Assembly (NCBI GenBank): GCA_964535805.1
Contig: CAZHUM010000002.1
Coordinates: forward strand, 740 to 64,739
Direction of reading: 5' to 3'
Length of the DNA: 64,000 bases
From: an uncultured Thermoplasmata archaeon
GTDB lineage: Archaea > Thermoplasmatota > Thermoplasmata > Halarchaeoplasmatales > Halarchaeoplasmataceae
Under the pieces are notes generated by a model. It made no database searches. It was not told the DNA's origin and saw only the letters and a list, made by a program, of their open reading frames with translations. Numbering within the stretch: position 1 is the first letter of the stretch; the number at the start of each line of letters is the position of its first letter. A program made the position numbers and the translations under genes. Positions 55,306 through 64,000 of the stretch are shown here, one piece after another.

Positions 55306-57924
55306 TTACCGCCAGACCTTCTTCATGATGTTCTTGTAGTTCCTCATCTCTTCCAAAACCTTTTCGTAGTCTTCATCCTCTTTTGATTGATTTGCTCTCT
55401 TGAGGATATCTATCTGTTTGGATACATCTACGCCAGATATTTTTGCTTTTTTCAACTCGGTCTGGGCCTTTTTCACAAGATGTTTTAATTTGCCTGGGAC
55501 TTCTTTTAATATTTCCTCCTTTGCCATCTCAGCATACTCTTCAGCTTTGTCCCAATCACCGACCGATAATTCACCCTTGGCCTTGTTCAACAACTCATTT
55601 GCTTTAGTTGTGTCTATACCCATTACCTCTGCATCGAATATCAAGCTCTCAACATTTGAAAGGGATGTCTCAGCCTCTGAAAGGGGCTCTCCTATCGCTG
55701 TTACCTTTTGTTCCGCCTTGGAAAACATCTCCAAAGCAGATTTATAATCGTCTACATCCATAGCACTTCTTGCTTCTTCTAGGTAGTTTTCTATTTCCTC
55801 GAAATCGTGGTCCATGCTTTCTTCTAGTTTTAACTCGATAGAGACCATCTTTTCGTCCATCTCCTCCTTCAATATACTCAAAAGCTTGTCTCTGCTTTTT
55901 TCCAGGGATTCAAGAGCCATATCTAGATCTTGATGGTTCGTGCTTTTTAAGGCGTCGTTGATTATCTCTTTTCCACCCTCTATTTTGAATCCAACCTTTT
56001 TGGAACGTGTGAGGATATCTTTTATTTCATCAGCCTTTTCTCGGATATCAGCGACTGTGATCTCTTCTTCGACGACCCCAGGAACTTTATCCACCTCAAC
56101 AAAAACCTCCTCTTGCTCTACTTCCGTTATCTCGGGTTCTTCCCCTTTTTCAAACTCGGTAACCTCACCAGCTAGTACATTTTCCATCTCTATAATCAGT
56201 TCATCAAGGTTAGCGATGGCTTCATCGTATTCTCCGCTGTCAGCTCTGTCCTTTTCTTCCTTGATCATCTCCAGGTACCCTTTATAGTCCAGACCATCTT
56301 CTTTCATCTCCTTTATCCTGGACTTGGCCTCGTCTATTTTCACCATGACCCGTAGTATCTTTTCCGTATCTTCTACGATCTCTTCCGCTTTTTTCAGTGC
56401 CTCTTCGTATTTTTTCTCCCCTTTGAGCATGTGGACATCTTCGACCCCTAGTTCCAATTCATCAGTGTGTATTTTAGTGTGCGATATCTGATCTAGATTA
56501 TTTTCCGCTTCTTTAATTTTTTCTTCTATATCCACCATCAGGTCTGCTTTCTGTTCAGACATTGCGAGCTCTTCTTCTAATTCTGCTTCAACCTCTGCAT
56601 GATGCAACTGCTCTTCGATCTTCCCTAAAGTACTATCTAAAATACTCATGGCCACGTCGTATTCACCCTGATTCACTTTTTTCTTGGAATTTTTTAATGC
56701 CTTGAGATATGGTGTGTAATCCATATCTTCTTTATCCAGTTCCCTAATCTTTTGTTTCCCTTCCAGGAACCTTTCGTTGAGCTGTATTATCTTGTCCGCT
56801 TTGTTGTTAAAATCCTCGATGGTGTTAAGTGCGTCGATATAGTCTCCTTCCTTCCTAGCCTTCATGGTCACCTTGATCAGATCTTTTACGTTATCCAAGT
56901 TGAATTTCGTTTTCTTGATTTCAGAAAAATTGTCTTTTGCAATTTTTATCTTCTGATCCAGTTCCTTTTTAATCTTTCCTTTTTTCTCATCTTCTTTTTG
57001 CCTTTCAAGTGCCCTTTCTTCCTCTTCTTTTTTATGCTTAGATATCTGCTGATCACAATTTTCATACATGGATTCTAGATATTCGATAGAAGATGCATAG
57101 TCTCCTTCATCAGCCAGCTTTTTTGCCTCTTTGAGTTTATCGATTTCCTCTTCGTAATCGATACCCAGGTCTTTCATCTCTAATATCATGCCTTTACATT
57201 CTTTGATCTTATGGAAGATTTCGAATACCTGTTCCGAGTGTTTAGATATTTCTTCCAGTAATTCCAATCCCTTTTCGTAATTATCAGCTTTCTTCTCTTG
57301 TACGGTCCGTTTAAGGAGGGTTTTGATGTCATTGATATCTATCTTTGTGTCTCTTAGATCCGATATCTTAGACCTTGCTTTCGCCAGCTCTTCATCGAAT
57401 CGTTCTACAAGCTCAGGGTCGATTTCTTCCTCTTCGACCTCTTCTTCAAATTCTTCAGCTTCTGCAAATTCAATACCACAAGAAGGACACTTATTAGCGT
57501 CTTCAGGCACCTCTGCCCCGCACTCTGGACATTCGAAGACGATCATCTCTGATTCATCTATCTCTTCTTCCACCTCTTCATCTTCAACTTCTTCTTCGAG
57601 TTCTAAATCAACGTCCTCTTCGATCTCTTCTTCGGTTGCCTCTTCTTTCACTTCTTCCTCGATCTCTTCTCCACTCTCTTCAGGACCTGCGCCCCCACCT
57701 CCGATGGTTTTAATGGTTTCGATGAGTTCTTCATCTTCAATGTCCCCTTCTAAAGTCTCTATCATCCCACTTATATCTTCCTCTGGCTCACCGGTCTCGA
57801 TTTCATCGGCTATATCAAACAGATTTAGGTCAACACCGCAGACTGGGCATTTTTCTGATTCTGCAGGAATCTCAGAGTCGCATACTGGACATACTATTGT
57901 TTCTTCTTCAGGCAATGTGAGCAC
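55306..57924 (-). CDS. large acidic coiled-coil protein (872 aa) with two Cys4 zinc ribbons and about six internal ~110-aa repeats
   Basis: The zinc ribbons are CPVCDSEIPAESEKCPVCG and CPECGAEVPEDANKCPSCG. They are separated by poly-Glu tracts. Then come repeated units each containing a G-I/L-D-Y/V...GDY-x-x-A TPR-like helix pair. The protein is highly charged. Confidence 0.6.
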   Translation of the reverse strand: MLTLPEEETIVCPVCDSEIPAESEKCPVCGVDLNLFDIADEIETGEPEEDISGMIETLEGDIEDEELIETIKTIGGGGAGPEESGEEIEEEVKEEATEEEIEEDVDLELEEEVEDEEVEEEIDESEMIVFECPECGAEVPEDANKCPSCGIEFAEAEEFEEEVEEEEIDPELVERFDEELAKARSKISDLRDTKIDINDIKTLLKRTVQEKKADNYEKGLELLEEISKHSEQVFEIFHKIKECKGMILEMKDLGIDYEEEIDKLKEAKKLADEGDYASSIEYLESMYENCDQQISKHKKEEEERALERQKEDEKKGKIKKELDQKIKIAKDNFSEIKKTKFNLDNVKDLIKVTMKARKEGDYIDALNTIEDFNNKADKIIQLNERFLEGKQKIRELDKEDMDYTPYLKALKNSKKKVNQGEYDVAMSILDSTLGKIEEQLHHAEVEAELEEELAMSEQKADLMVDIEEKIKEAENNLDQISHTKIHTDELELGVEDVHMLKGEKKYEEALKKAEEIVEDTEKILRVMVKIDEAKSRIKEMKEDGLDYKGYLEMIKEEKDRADSGEYDEAIANLDELIIEMENVLAGEVTEFEKGEEPEITEVEQEEVFVEVDKVPGVVEEEITVADIREKADEIKDILTRSKKVGFKIEGGKEIINDALKSTNHQDLDMALESLEKSRDKLLSILKEEMDEKMVSIELKLEESMDHDFEEIENYLEEARSAMDVDDYKSALEMFSKAEQKVTAIGEPLSEAETSLSNVESLIFDAEVMGIDTTKANELLNKAKGELSVGDWDKAEEYAEMAKEEILKEVPGKLKHLVKKAQTELKKAKISGVDVSKQIDILKRANQSKEDEDYEKVLEEMRNYKNIMKKVWR

Positions 57925-58071
57925 CTCTTAAGTATAGTAAAAAACGTAGTGTGTATTTAGTTTTTTACATTGATTATTAAATAAAAACTCAATAATCTTC
58001 TATGTTCTATGTCCTTCGAACTACGAAAACTATCCAAAAGATTTTATGTACGTACATATCATGGAAAATCG

Positions 58072-59337
58072 ATGACTCTTATCGAAGAATGCGAAAAGGG
58101 TGTGCCCGACTACGTAAAGAGGGCGGCATCGGAAGAACCGGTGACACCAAAAGAGCTTTCCAGGTTGGTCGCCGGTGGACTCGCCGTTATACCGAGGAAT
58201 GTCATCCATGATCCTGTTCCCAAACCCATAGGGAAGGGATTGAAGATAAAGGTGAACGTGAATCTTGGAACATCAAAGGATAAACACGACCTTGAATCCG
58301 AGCTCCAGAAATTGAAGGTCGCCGAGAAGTACGGTGCAGATGCGGTGATGGATCTCAGTACAGGGGGAGATATCGACAAGATCCGCAGGAGGATCATCAA
58401 GAGCACGAAACTCCCTATAGGTACCGTACCGATATACCAATGTGGACTGAAGAAGGCAAGAGAGAGCGCGGTCGTGGACATGAGCTCTGACGATATATTC
58501 AACAGCATCAGACTTCACGCCCAAGACGGTGTGGACTTCGTAACGATCCACTGTGGTGTGACTAAAGCTGCTGTACAGAGTTTAAAAGAGAGTGGAAGGC
58601 TCACCGACGTGGTCAGTCGAGGAGGGTCATTCCTGGCTGCATGGATACTGCACAATGGAGAAGAAAACCCCCTGTACTCCGAATTCGACTACCTATTGGA
58701 GATCGCTAGAGAATACGGCCTAACTTTGAGCCTGGGAGACGGATTCAGACCTGGATCTATCGCGGATGCCACCGATAGACCTCAGATCCAGGAATTGATC
58801 ACCCTGGGAGAACTCGTTAAAAGGGCAAGAAATGAGAAGGTCCAGGTGATGGTCGAAGGACCGGGACACGTGCCGATCGATCAGATAAAAACGAACGTCG
58901 ATATAGAAAAAGAACTCTGCAACGGTGCACCATTTTACGTGCTTGGACCCCTGGTGACCGATTTCGCACCGGGTTACGATCATATTACCGGAGCAATAGG
59001 AGGTGCACTGGCTGCATATCACGGTGCTGACTTTCTGTGTTATGTTACTCCCGCCGAGCATCTAGGCCTGCCCGATGTCGAGGATGTTAAAGAAGGCACT
59101 ATCGCGAGTAAAATAGCGGCTCATGCAGCGGATCTCGCAAGAGGGATAAACAGAGATATCGATGATGAAGTATCCCGGGCGAGAAAAGAGTTGAATTGGG
59201 AGACCATGTTCGACAGGGTGGTGGACCCGGAGAAGGCAAAAAGGTTCAGAGAGGAGAAGAACCCCAGCGATGAAGACGCCTGTTCCATGTGTGGAGATGT
59301 CTGTGCGTTCAAGATCCTGCAAAAATATCTAAAATGA
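58072..59337 (+). CDS. thiC: phosphomethylpyrimidine synthase ThiC
   Basis: C-terminal CSMCGDVCAFK (CX2CX4C). The start is the short ThiC start MTLIEECEKG. The TATA ttttatgta lies about 25 nt upstream. Confidence 0.9.
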   Translation: MTLIEECEKGVPDYVKRAASEEPVTPKELSRLVAGGLAVIPRNVIHDPVPKPIGKGLKIKVNVNLGTSKDKHDLESELQKLKVAEKYGADAVMDLSTGGDIDKIRRRIIKSTKLPIGTVPIYQCGLKKARESAVVDMSSDDIFNSIRLHAQDGVDFVTIHCGVTKAAVQSLKESGRLTDVVSRGGSFLAAWILHNGEENPLYSEFDYLLEIAREYGLTLSLGDGFRPGSIADATDRPQIQELITLGELVKRARNEKVQVMVEGPGHVPIDQIKTNVDIEKELCNGAPFYVLGPLVTDFAPGYDHITGAIGGALAAYHGADFLCYVTPAEHLGLPDVEDVKEGTIASKIAAHAADLARGINRDIDDEVSRARKELNWETMFDRVVDPEKAKRFREEKNPSDEDACSMCGDVCAFKILQKYLK

Positions 59338-59392
59338 GGATATCCACCAATACTTTTAAGTAAAACGATGATAACTCAGGAAAAGTGATATA

Positions 59393-59668
59393 ATGGAATT
59401 CAACGTTTTGGAAAAAACGGAAAACAGTCTTCAGATAAAGGTTTTAGACGCCGATGCCAGTGTTATGTATCCCATAATGGAACAACTGTTATCCGACGAT
59501 AGGATCGAGGAAGCGAACTACTCAGTGGAGCATCAGGAGCTCGATGATCCAGTATTATATCTCAAGGCAAAAAAAGGAGAGGATCCGAAGGAGATCTTGG
59601 TGGATAATGCGAAGGCGATCCAGGAGCAGTTCTCAGATGTCTTCGAAAAGCTGTTCGAAGAAGAGTGA
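59393..59668 (+). CDS. rpoL: DNA-directed RNA polymerase subunit Rpo11 (RpoL)
   Basis: 91-aa protein. The N-terminal beta-strands plus acidic C-terminal helix fit RpoL/Rpb11, although the GEDHT motif is degenerate. Confidence 0.6.
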   Translation: MEFNVLEKTENSLQIKVLDADASVMYPIMEQLLSDDRIEEANYSVEHQELDDPVLYLKAKKGEDPKEILVDNAKAIQEQFSDVFEKLFEEE

Positions 59669-59709
59669 CCTAGATAAAACTTGACCCTGGTACTCGAGGG
59701 GAGATAGGT

Positions 59710-61002
59710 ATGGAAAGCGAGGTGGGGATAGAGGTTTTTTATACGTCTAGTCCCGGTATAGGAGGAAGGCTGAAAAAATATCCTGAAGATTTTCAGGTGA
59801 AGGAAAATATCGATAAAGACAAGATCGAAGGCGGGGACGGCGAATACACGATAGCGAAGGTGTGGAGCAGGAACTGGGAAACGAACCGACTGATAAGGCG
59901 GTTCTCCAAGCTTTTGGGGATCAGCCGAAGAGGTATCTCTTTTGCCGGCACGAAGGACAAAAGAGCTGTGACGACACAGTGGATGTCTTTCCACAAGGAA
60001 CCGGAAGGACTAGATATCATCGATCTCAAGGACGTGGAGATATCGGATATCAGAAGATCTCACAGACCACTATACATCGGAGCACACGAATCCAACACCT
60101 TCGATATAACGGTCAGGGAGATCGATTTAACTCCTGATGAGATAAAAGAAAGAACGGATTCGACCGGTAACGAGATCAAAGAAGCCGGTGGATTTCCCAA
60201 CTATTTCGGCGTTCAGCGTTTCGGTACTCTCAGGCCTATAACCCATCTGGTCGGTAAAAAGTTGATCAGGAGCGATTTCGAAGGGGCCGTGAAGATGTAC
60301 ATAGCCAATCCCATGGAAGGCGAGAGCGGTGGGTGCAGGGAAGCGAGGGAACGTTTAGAGGAAACGTGGGATTATAAAGAAGCGCTCTACAACTATCCGA
60401 AGATACTAACTTTCGAGAGGTCGATGATCCAGTACTTGGCTAACAATCCAGAGGATTACATCGGGGCACTCAAAGTTCTACCGGATAACCTTCTAAAGAT
60501 GTTCATACACGCTTACCAGTCATACCTATTCAACAAGATGCTGAGTAAAAGATCGCAGGATGGACTGCCCTTGAAAGATGCACTTCCAGGGGATATATTA
60601 CTGCCTGCGGACAGGGACGGTGCACCCAATGTCGATACACCCGTCCATATAACAAGCAGTAACGTAGAAAAAGCATCTAAGATGGTGAGGGACGGGAAGG
60701 CATACGTGAGTGCACCACTGTTCGGTTTCAGCTCTAAGTACTCGGAAGGAGAACAGGGTGAGATCGAGAGAAAGATCATCGAAGATGAAGATATCGATAA
60801 AAGAGATTTCGTTATTCCAGAGATATCTAATCTTTCTTCCAAAGGGACCAGAAGATCTATCTTCGCTCCGGTTTACGATCTAGATTGGAGGGCTTCCGAT
60901 TGTGTCAACATCGAGTTCACGCTTTTAAAAGGTACTTACGCTACAACACTGCTCAGAGAATTTATGAAGCTTCCAGAAGATAAGTCTTATCTTTACAGTT
61001 AG
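59710..61002 (+). CDS. truD: tRNA pseudouridine(13) synthase TruD / Pus7-like
   Basis: FAGTKDKRAVTTQW contains the TruD catalytic Asp motif (GTKDKRA). Confidence 0.85.
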   Translation: MESEVGIEVFYTSSPGIGGRLKKYPEDFQVKENIDKDKIEGGDGEYTIAKVWSRNWETNRLIRRFSKLLGISRRGISFAGTKDKRAVTTQWMSFHKEPEGLDIIDLKDVEISDIRRSHRPLYIGAHESNTFDITVREIDLTPDEIKERTDSTGNEIKEAGGFPNYFGVQRFGTLRPITHLVGKKLIRSDFEGAVKMYIANPMEGESGGCREARERLEETWDYKEALYNYPKILTFERSMIQYLANNPEDYIGALKVLPDNLLKMFIHAYQSYLFNKMLSKRSQDGLPLKDALPGDILLPADRDGAPNVDTPVHITSSNVEKASKMVRDGKAYVSAPLFGFSSKYSEGEQGEIERKIIEDEDIDKRDFVIPEISNLSSKGTRRSIFAPVYDLDWRASDCVNIEFTLLKGTYATTLLREFMKLPEDKSYLYS

Positions 61003-61355
61003 AACATATCCTTGATCTTCAGCATATCTAAGAAGGAGGCATCGATCTTCACCTTTTTACGGGCGTATGCCTCCATGGGCTTCATCTCTTTGTTTATCAA
61101 TTTTGTGAATGTTTCAGTATCTGTATTGATGACTATCTCGGATTTCTTATAGTCCCCCTCCTTAATATCCCCTACGTCATTCCCGGAGATCGAAAAATGA
61201 AAATTGCCATCGTCTTCAAAGAGGACTGAGACACTGCGTTCGAATCCATCCAATTTCTTCTGCAGCTTCTCGCTCTCTTCTATCCTACCTCGGAACTCAT
61301 CGATCATCTTCTGCAATTGTCCTTTCATCTCGTCTTTGTCTGTCATGGATATCAA
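60999..61355 (-). CDS. SCP2 sterol-carrier-like domain protein
   Basis: 118 aa. The VSVLFEDDG...ISGNDVGD..GDYKK...INTD..TF..L pattern is typical of SCP2 folds. Confidence 0.45.
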   Translation of the reverse strand: MISMTDKDEMKGQLQKMIDEFRGRIEESEKLQKKLDGFERSVSVLFEDDGNFHFSISGNDVGDIKEGDYKKSEIVINTDTETFTKLINKEMKPMEAYARKKVKIDASFLDMLKIKDMF

Positions 61356-61398
61356 CTTTTAACGTCTATAATCAGGGGTGAGTAAAAAAGGTTTCTTT

Positions 61399-62046
61399 CT
61401 AAAATTCATCCAACTTCTTTGTCTTATGAAGGTTCATCAGATCCTGGCAGGTCTTCCAAGACCTTCTTACATAGGGTGGGAGCTCGCCTTTTTCTTTTAT
61501 CCATCTTTTCAGAAAATTTCTCGTCACCGGATCCGAGGGGTAGCCGCTGCCGATATCATCACCGATCTCCTCGGCTATCCTTTGGACTTCCAGATCTCTT
61601 CTAACCTTTGCACATATAGAAGCTGCGGATACTACCGGATAAGTGTCATCCGCCTTGTGCTCCGATACGAGCTTCACGTTCACCGCGAGCTTGGATTTGA
61701 TCATCCGAGCGAATTTTTCCTCGTTGGCGGAAGCGGAATCCACGTATGCAGTATCACCGTCGGAGCACAACTCGTTGATGATCGATGCAAAGAAGTCCGC
61801 CTCCATCTGGTTCATTGTTAACTGTGTACGCAGAGCGTCGATGTCCTGTGCGGATACCACCCTCCCTGCACAGCTCGCCATATCATAGATCTCTTTGGAT
61901 AATTCATCTCGCCTATTCGCCGTGTGTCTCTTAGAGTCCTTGACCTCCAGCTCTACGAGCTTACCGTCATCCTCGAGACAAACACCCGCTACCACCAGCG
62001 GTCCGATGACCGGACCCCGGCCTGCTTCGTCCACTCCACATATCAT
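61399..62046 (-). CDS. rnhB: ribonuclease HII
   Basis: The N-terminus MICGVDEAGRGPVIGPLVVAG is the RNase HII DEAGRG motif. Confidence 0.9.
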   Translation of the reverse strand: MICGVDEAGRGPVIGPLVVAGVCLEDDGKLVELEVKDSKRHTANRRDELSKEIYDMASCAGRVVSAQDIDALRTQLTMNQMEADFFASIINELCSDGDTAYVDSASANEEKFARMIKSKLAVNVKLVSEHKADDTYPVVSAASICAKVRRDLEVQRIAEEIGDDIGSGYPSDPVTRNFLKRWIKEKGELPPYVRRSWKTCQDLMNLHKTKKLDEF

Positions 62047-62123
62047 CGGCTAAAGCAGTTTAACATGGAATAAAAGTTTTTGCATGGATAAGTATAAAAA
62101 TAGGAGGAAATCATTTCGTGACG

Positions 62124-64000
62124 ATGAGGATCGTTCTCAGAGGAACCGTGCAGGGAGTGGGCTTCCGTCCCACGGTTTATAGAGTGGCAGAGAAACTCGA
62201 TTTGAAGGGTCACGTCAAGAACCTGGGTAACGAAGTGGAAGTTATTATAGACGGGGACCTAGATATATTTCTGGAGGAACTGAGAAGAGAACTGCCACCC
62301 TTAGCCGAGATAGCCGAGGTGGAGGTGGAGGATAGGGCAGTCAAAGCTGATACATTCAAGATAGTGAAAAGCTCGAACGGAGAGAAAAGATCTTCGACCA
62401 TACCCGTGGACACCGCCCTGTGCCCGGAATGCCTTGAAGAACTGAAGAGCGGAAAAAACCGAAGGAGCGGTTTTCCTTTCATAAACTGCACCAACTGTGG
62501 AGCTAGATATTCAACCATCCAAGAACTACCGTACGATAGAGCTAATACGACCATGGAAAATTTTCCACTCTGTGAAGTGTGCGTGGAGGAGTACAAGAAC
62601 CCGACGGACAGAAGGTTCCACGCCCAGACCATATCGTGTAACAAGTGTGGACCTAGTTACGTCCTCTTCGACAAACAGAAGAATAAGGTAGGTGGTATCG
62701 ACGAATTCTCTGCTCTATTGGATCAGGGAGAGATATGTGTGGCAAAGAGCTGGGGCGGGATGCACATAATCTGCACGCTGGAAAAGATACCAGAGCTGAG
62801 AAAAAGGTACGGTAGAAAACAGAAACCCTTCGCTTTGATGATGAGGGATTTGGAGACCGTAAGAAAATATGCGGTGGTAGAAAGAGAAGGCATTCTGACG
62901 GGACCTAGGAGACCCATTATGGTTTACACCAAAAAGGACATAGACAGCAAATCGATGGAATACGCGGCGCCTGGATTACCCACGGTGGGCATCATGCTGC
63001 CTTATACTGGACTCCATCACTTGTTATTCGATAAAATAGATCATGATACTTTAGTCATGACCAGCGCCAACCCTCCAGGTGAGCCCATGATGATCGATAA
63101 CGAAGAATCCTTCAAGCTCGATTTTGACTACTTCCTGCTTCACAACCGTAAGATCGCCAACCGTATAGATGACTCGTTGATAAGAGTCCATGGAGACCAT
63201 CTTTCTATTATAAGAAGGGCAAGAGGGTTCGTTCCAGATTACTTTGAGTTCAGCAAAAAACAGGTGATGGCATCAGGGGCGGATCAAAGCGGCTGTCTGG
63301 CTCTTTCCAAGGACGGAAGATTGTACCCAAGCCAGTATTTGGGTGATCTACGTTCCTACAACGCAAAAAAGTTCTACGAAGATACACACGACTACCTAAC
63401 TTCGATCCTTGGTATCGATGAAATAGAAAGAGTAGCGGTCGATCTGCATCCGTCTTACCAGAGCAGGAGATTGGGGCTTGAGTACGCGGAGCGATACGAT
63501 TCGGAATTGATCGAGATCCAGCACCACTGGGCCCACGGGGCTTCACTGCTCCTCGAACACGAATTGGACGACATCGTATGCATCGCCGTTGACGGAACTG
63601 GATACGGTGAGGACGGGCAGAGCTGGGGTGGTGAGATACTCTACTGTAGAGCGGATAGATACGAGAGGATGGGGCATCTAGAGACGTTCCCTCTTTTGGG
63701 TGGAGAAAAGGCGGTGGAAGAACCGGAAAGACTGGTATATGCCATCGAGAGGTCCAGGGACATAGAGAGCGATAGATTCGAACAAAATAAAAGAAATATA
63801 CTGGACAAACTCATGGAGAACAGCGTTTCCACGAGCAGTTTCGGCCGTCTGCTGGACGCGATTTCATGTGCGCTGGATATATCATGTGAGAGGACATACC
63901 AGGGCGAACCCGCTATGAAGTTGGAAAAGTATCAGATGCTGGGCGACGACGGTATCGATTTCGACGTGAATATAGACGGTGATACCATATGTACATTGGA
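62124..64000 (+). CDS. hypF: carbamoyltransferase HypF, N-terminal ~625 aa (gene continues past right edge)
   Basis: Acylphosphatase domain (VQGVGFRPTVYRVAEK), two Cys4 zinc fingers (CPECLEEL...CTNCG; CEVCVEEY...CNKCG), YrdC domain (KSWGGMHI) and the start of the Kae1-like domain. AGGAGG ribosome-binding site at 62102. Confidence 0.9.
   Translation, partial: MRIVLRGTVQGVGFRPTVYRVAEKLDLKGHVKNLGNEVEVIIDGDLDIFLEELRRELPPLAEIAEVEVEDRAVKADTFKIVKSSNGEKRSSTIPVDTALCPECLEELKSGKNRRSGFPFINCTNCGARYSTIQELPYDRANTTMENFPLCEVCVEEYKNPTDRRFHAQTISCNKCGPSYVLFDKQKNKVGGIDEFSALLDQGEICVAKSWGGMHIICTLEKIPELRKRYGRKQKPFALMMRDLETVRKYAVVEREGILTGPRRPIMVYTKKDIDSKSMEYAAPGLPTVGIMLPYTGLHHLLFDKIDHDTLVMTSANPPGEPMMIDNEESFKLDFDYFLLHNRKIANRIDDSLIRVHGDHLSIIRRARGFVPDYFEFSKKQVMASGADQSGCLALSKDGRLYPSQYLGDLRSYNAKKFYEDTHDYLTSILGIDEIERVAVDLHPSYQSRRLGLEYAERYDSELIEIQHHWAHGASLLLEHELDDIVCIAVDGTGYGEDGQSWGGEILYCRADRYERMGHLETFPLLGGEKAVEEPERLVYAIERSRDIESDRFEQNKRNILDKLMENSVSTSSFGRLLDAISCALDISCERTYQGEPAMKLEKYQMLGDDGIDFDVNIDGDTICTL

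Noticed and set aside
57925-58071. TPP riboswitch upstream of thiC
   Set aside because: The region is AT-rich promoter DNA. The conserved CUGAGA and GGGG...ACCUGAUCUGGAUAAUGCCAGCG elements are absent.

Overview
This window is archaeal chromosomal DNA of euryarchaeal type. The evidence is GGAGG-type ribosome-binding sites, TTTAWATA-like TATA boxes about 25-30 nt upstream of several start codons, oligo-T terminators, archaeal-type primase PriS, RNA polymerase subunit Rpo11, RNase P protein Pop5, archaeosine synthase and TruD.

The right half (about 38-64 kb) is mostly housekeeping. It carries tRNA-Trp, MetRS, ThiC, TruD, RNase HII, the start of HypF, PriS, HtpX, mevalonate kinase and SepF. It also carries the complete AMP-salvage operon (ribose-1,5-bisphosphate isomerase, type III RuBisCO, AMP phosphorylase).

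The middle contains an operon for cyclic 2,3-diphosphoglycerate synthesis (2-phosphoglycerate kinase plus cDPG synthetase). This is a hallmark of (hyper)thermophilic euryarchaea. Here it is co-transcribed with a CBS-pair protein and a tandem-domain metallophosphoesterase.

Further along is a MoxR AAA+ / DUF58 module. It is followed by an expanded array of paralogous membrane proteins: four copies of a 2-TM family and two DUF4129-like proteins. One pair is a very recent tandem duplication.

The left ~15 kb looks like an accessory or defence-island-like region. Several stretches are visibly AT-rich relative to the ~45% GC of their surroundings. It contains a co-directional cassette led by a classical-clade AAA+ ATPase with an unknown N-terminal domain. 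That ATPase is followed by three tiny genes with Shine-Dalgarno sites; one tiny gene is built from three 33-bp tandem repeats. Two larger unknown genes follow. The cassette is transcribed divergently from a Csa3-like (CARF plus winged-HTH) regulator across an intergenic region studded with TAACGG/CCGTTA half-sites.

Immediately downstream of that regulator, a two-gene cassette (an unknown gene plus a minimal nucleotidyltransferase) sits between two 54-bp direct repeats. The repeats duplicate the regulator gene's 3' end, which is an integration-like signature. A paralogous nucleotidyltransferase, a MazF/PemK toxin-antitoxin pair, a truncated PhoU and a ~1000-aa STAND NTPase lie nearby. The STAND NTPase carries an inserted roadblock-like domain and TPR repeats.

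No CRISPR array, rRNA gene or integrase/transposase gene was recognised. Coordinates of starts are my best estimates. The ORF track uses alternative start codons, so several first-M positions were moved to the first ATG with a ribosome-binding site.
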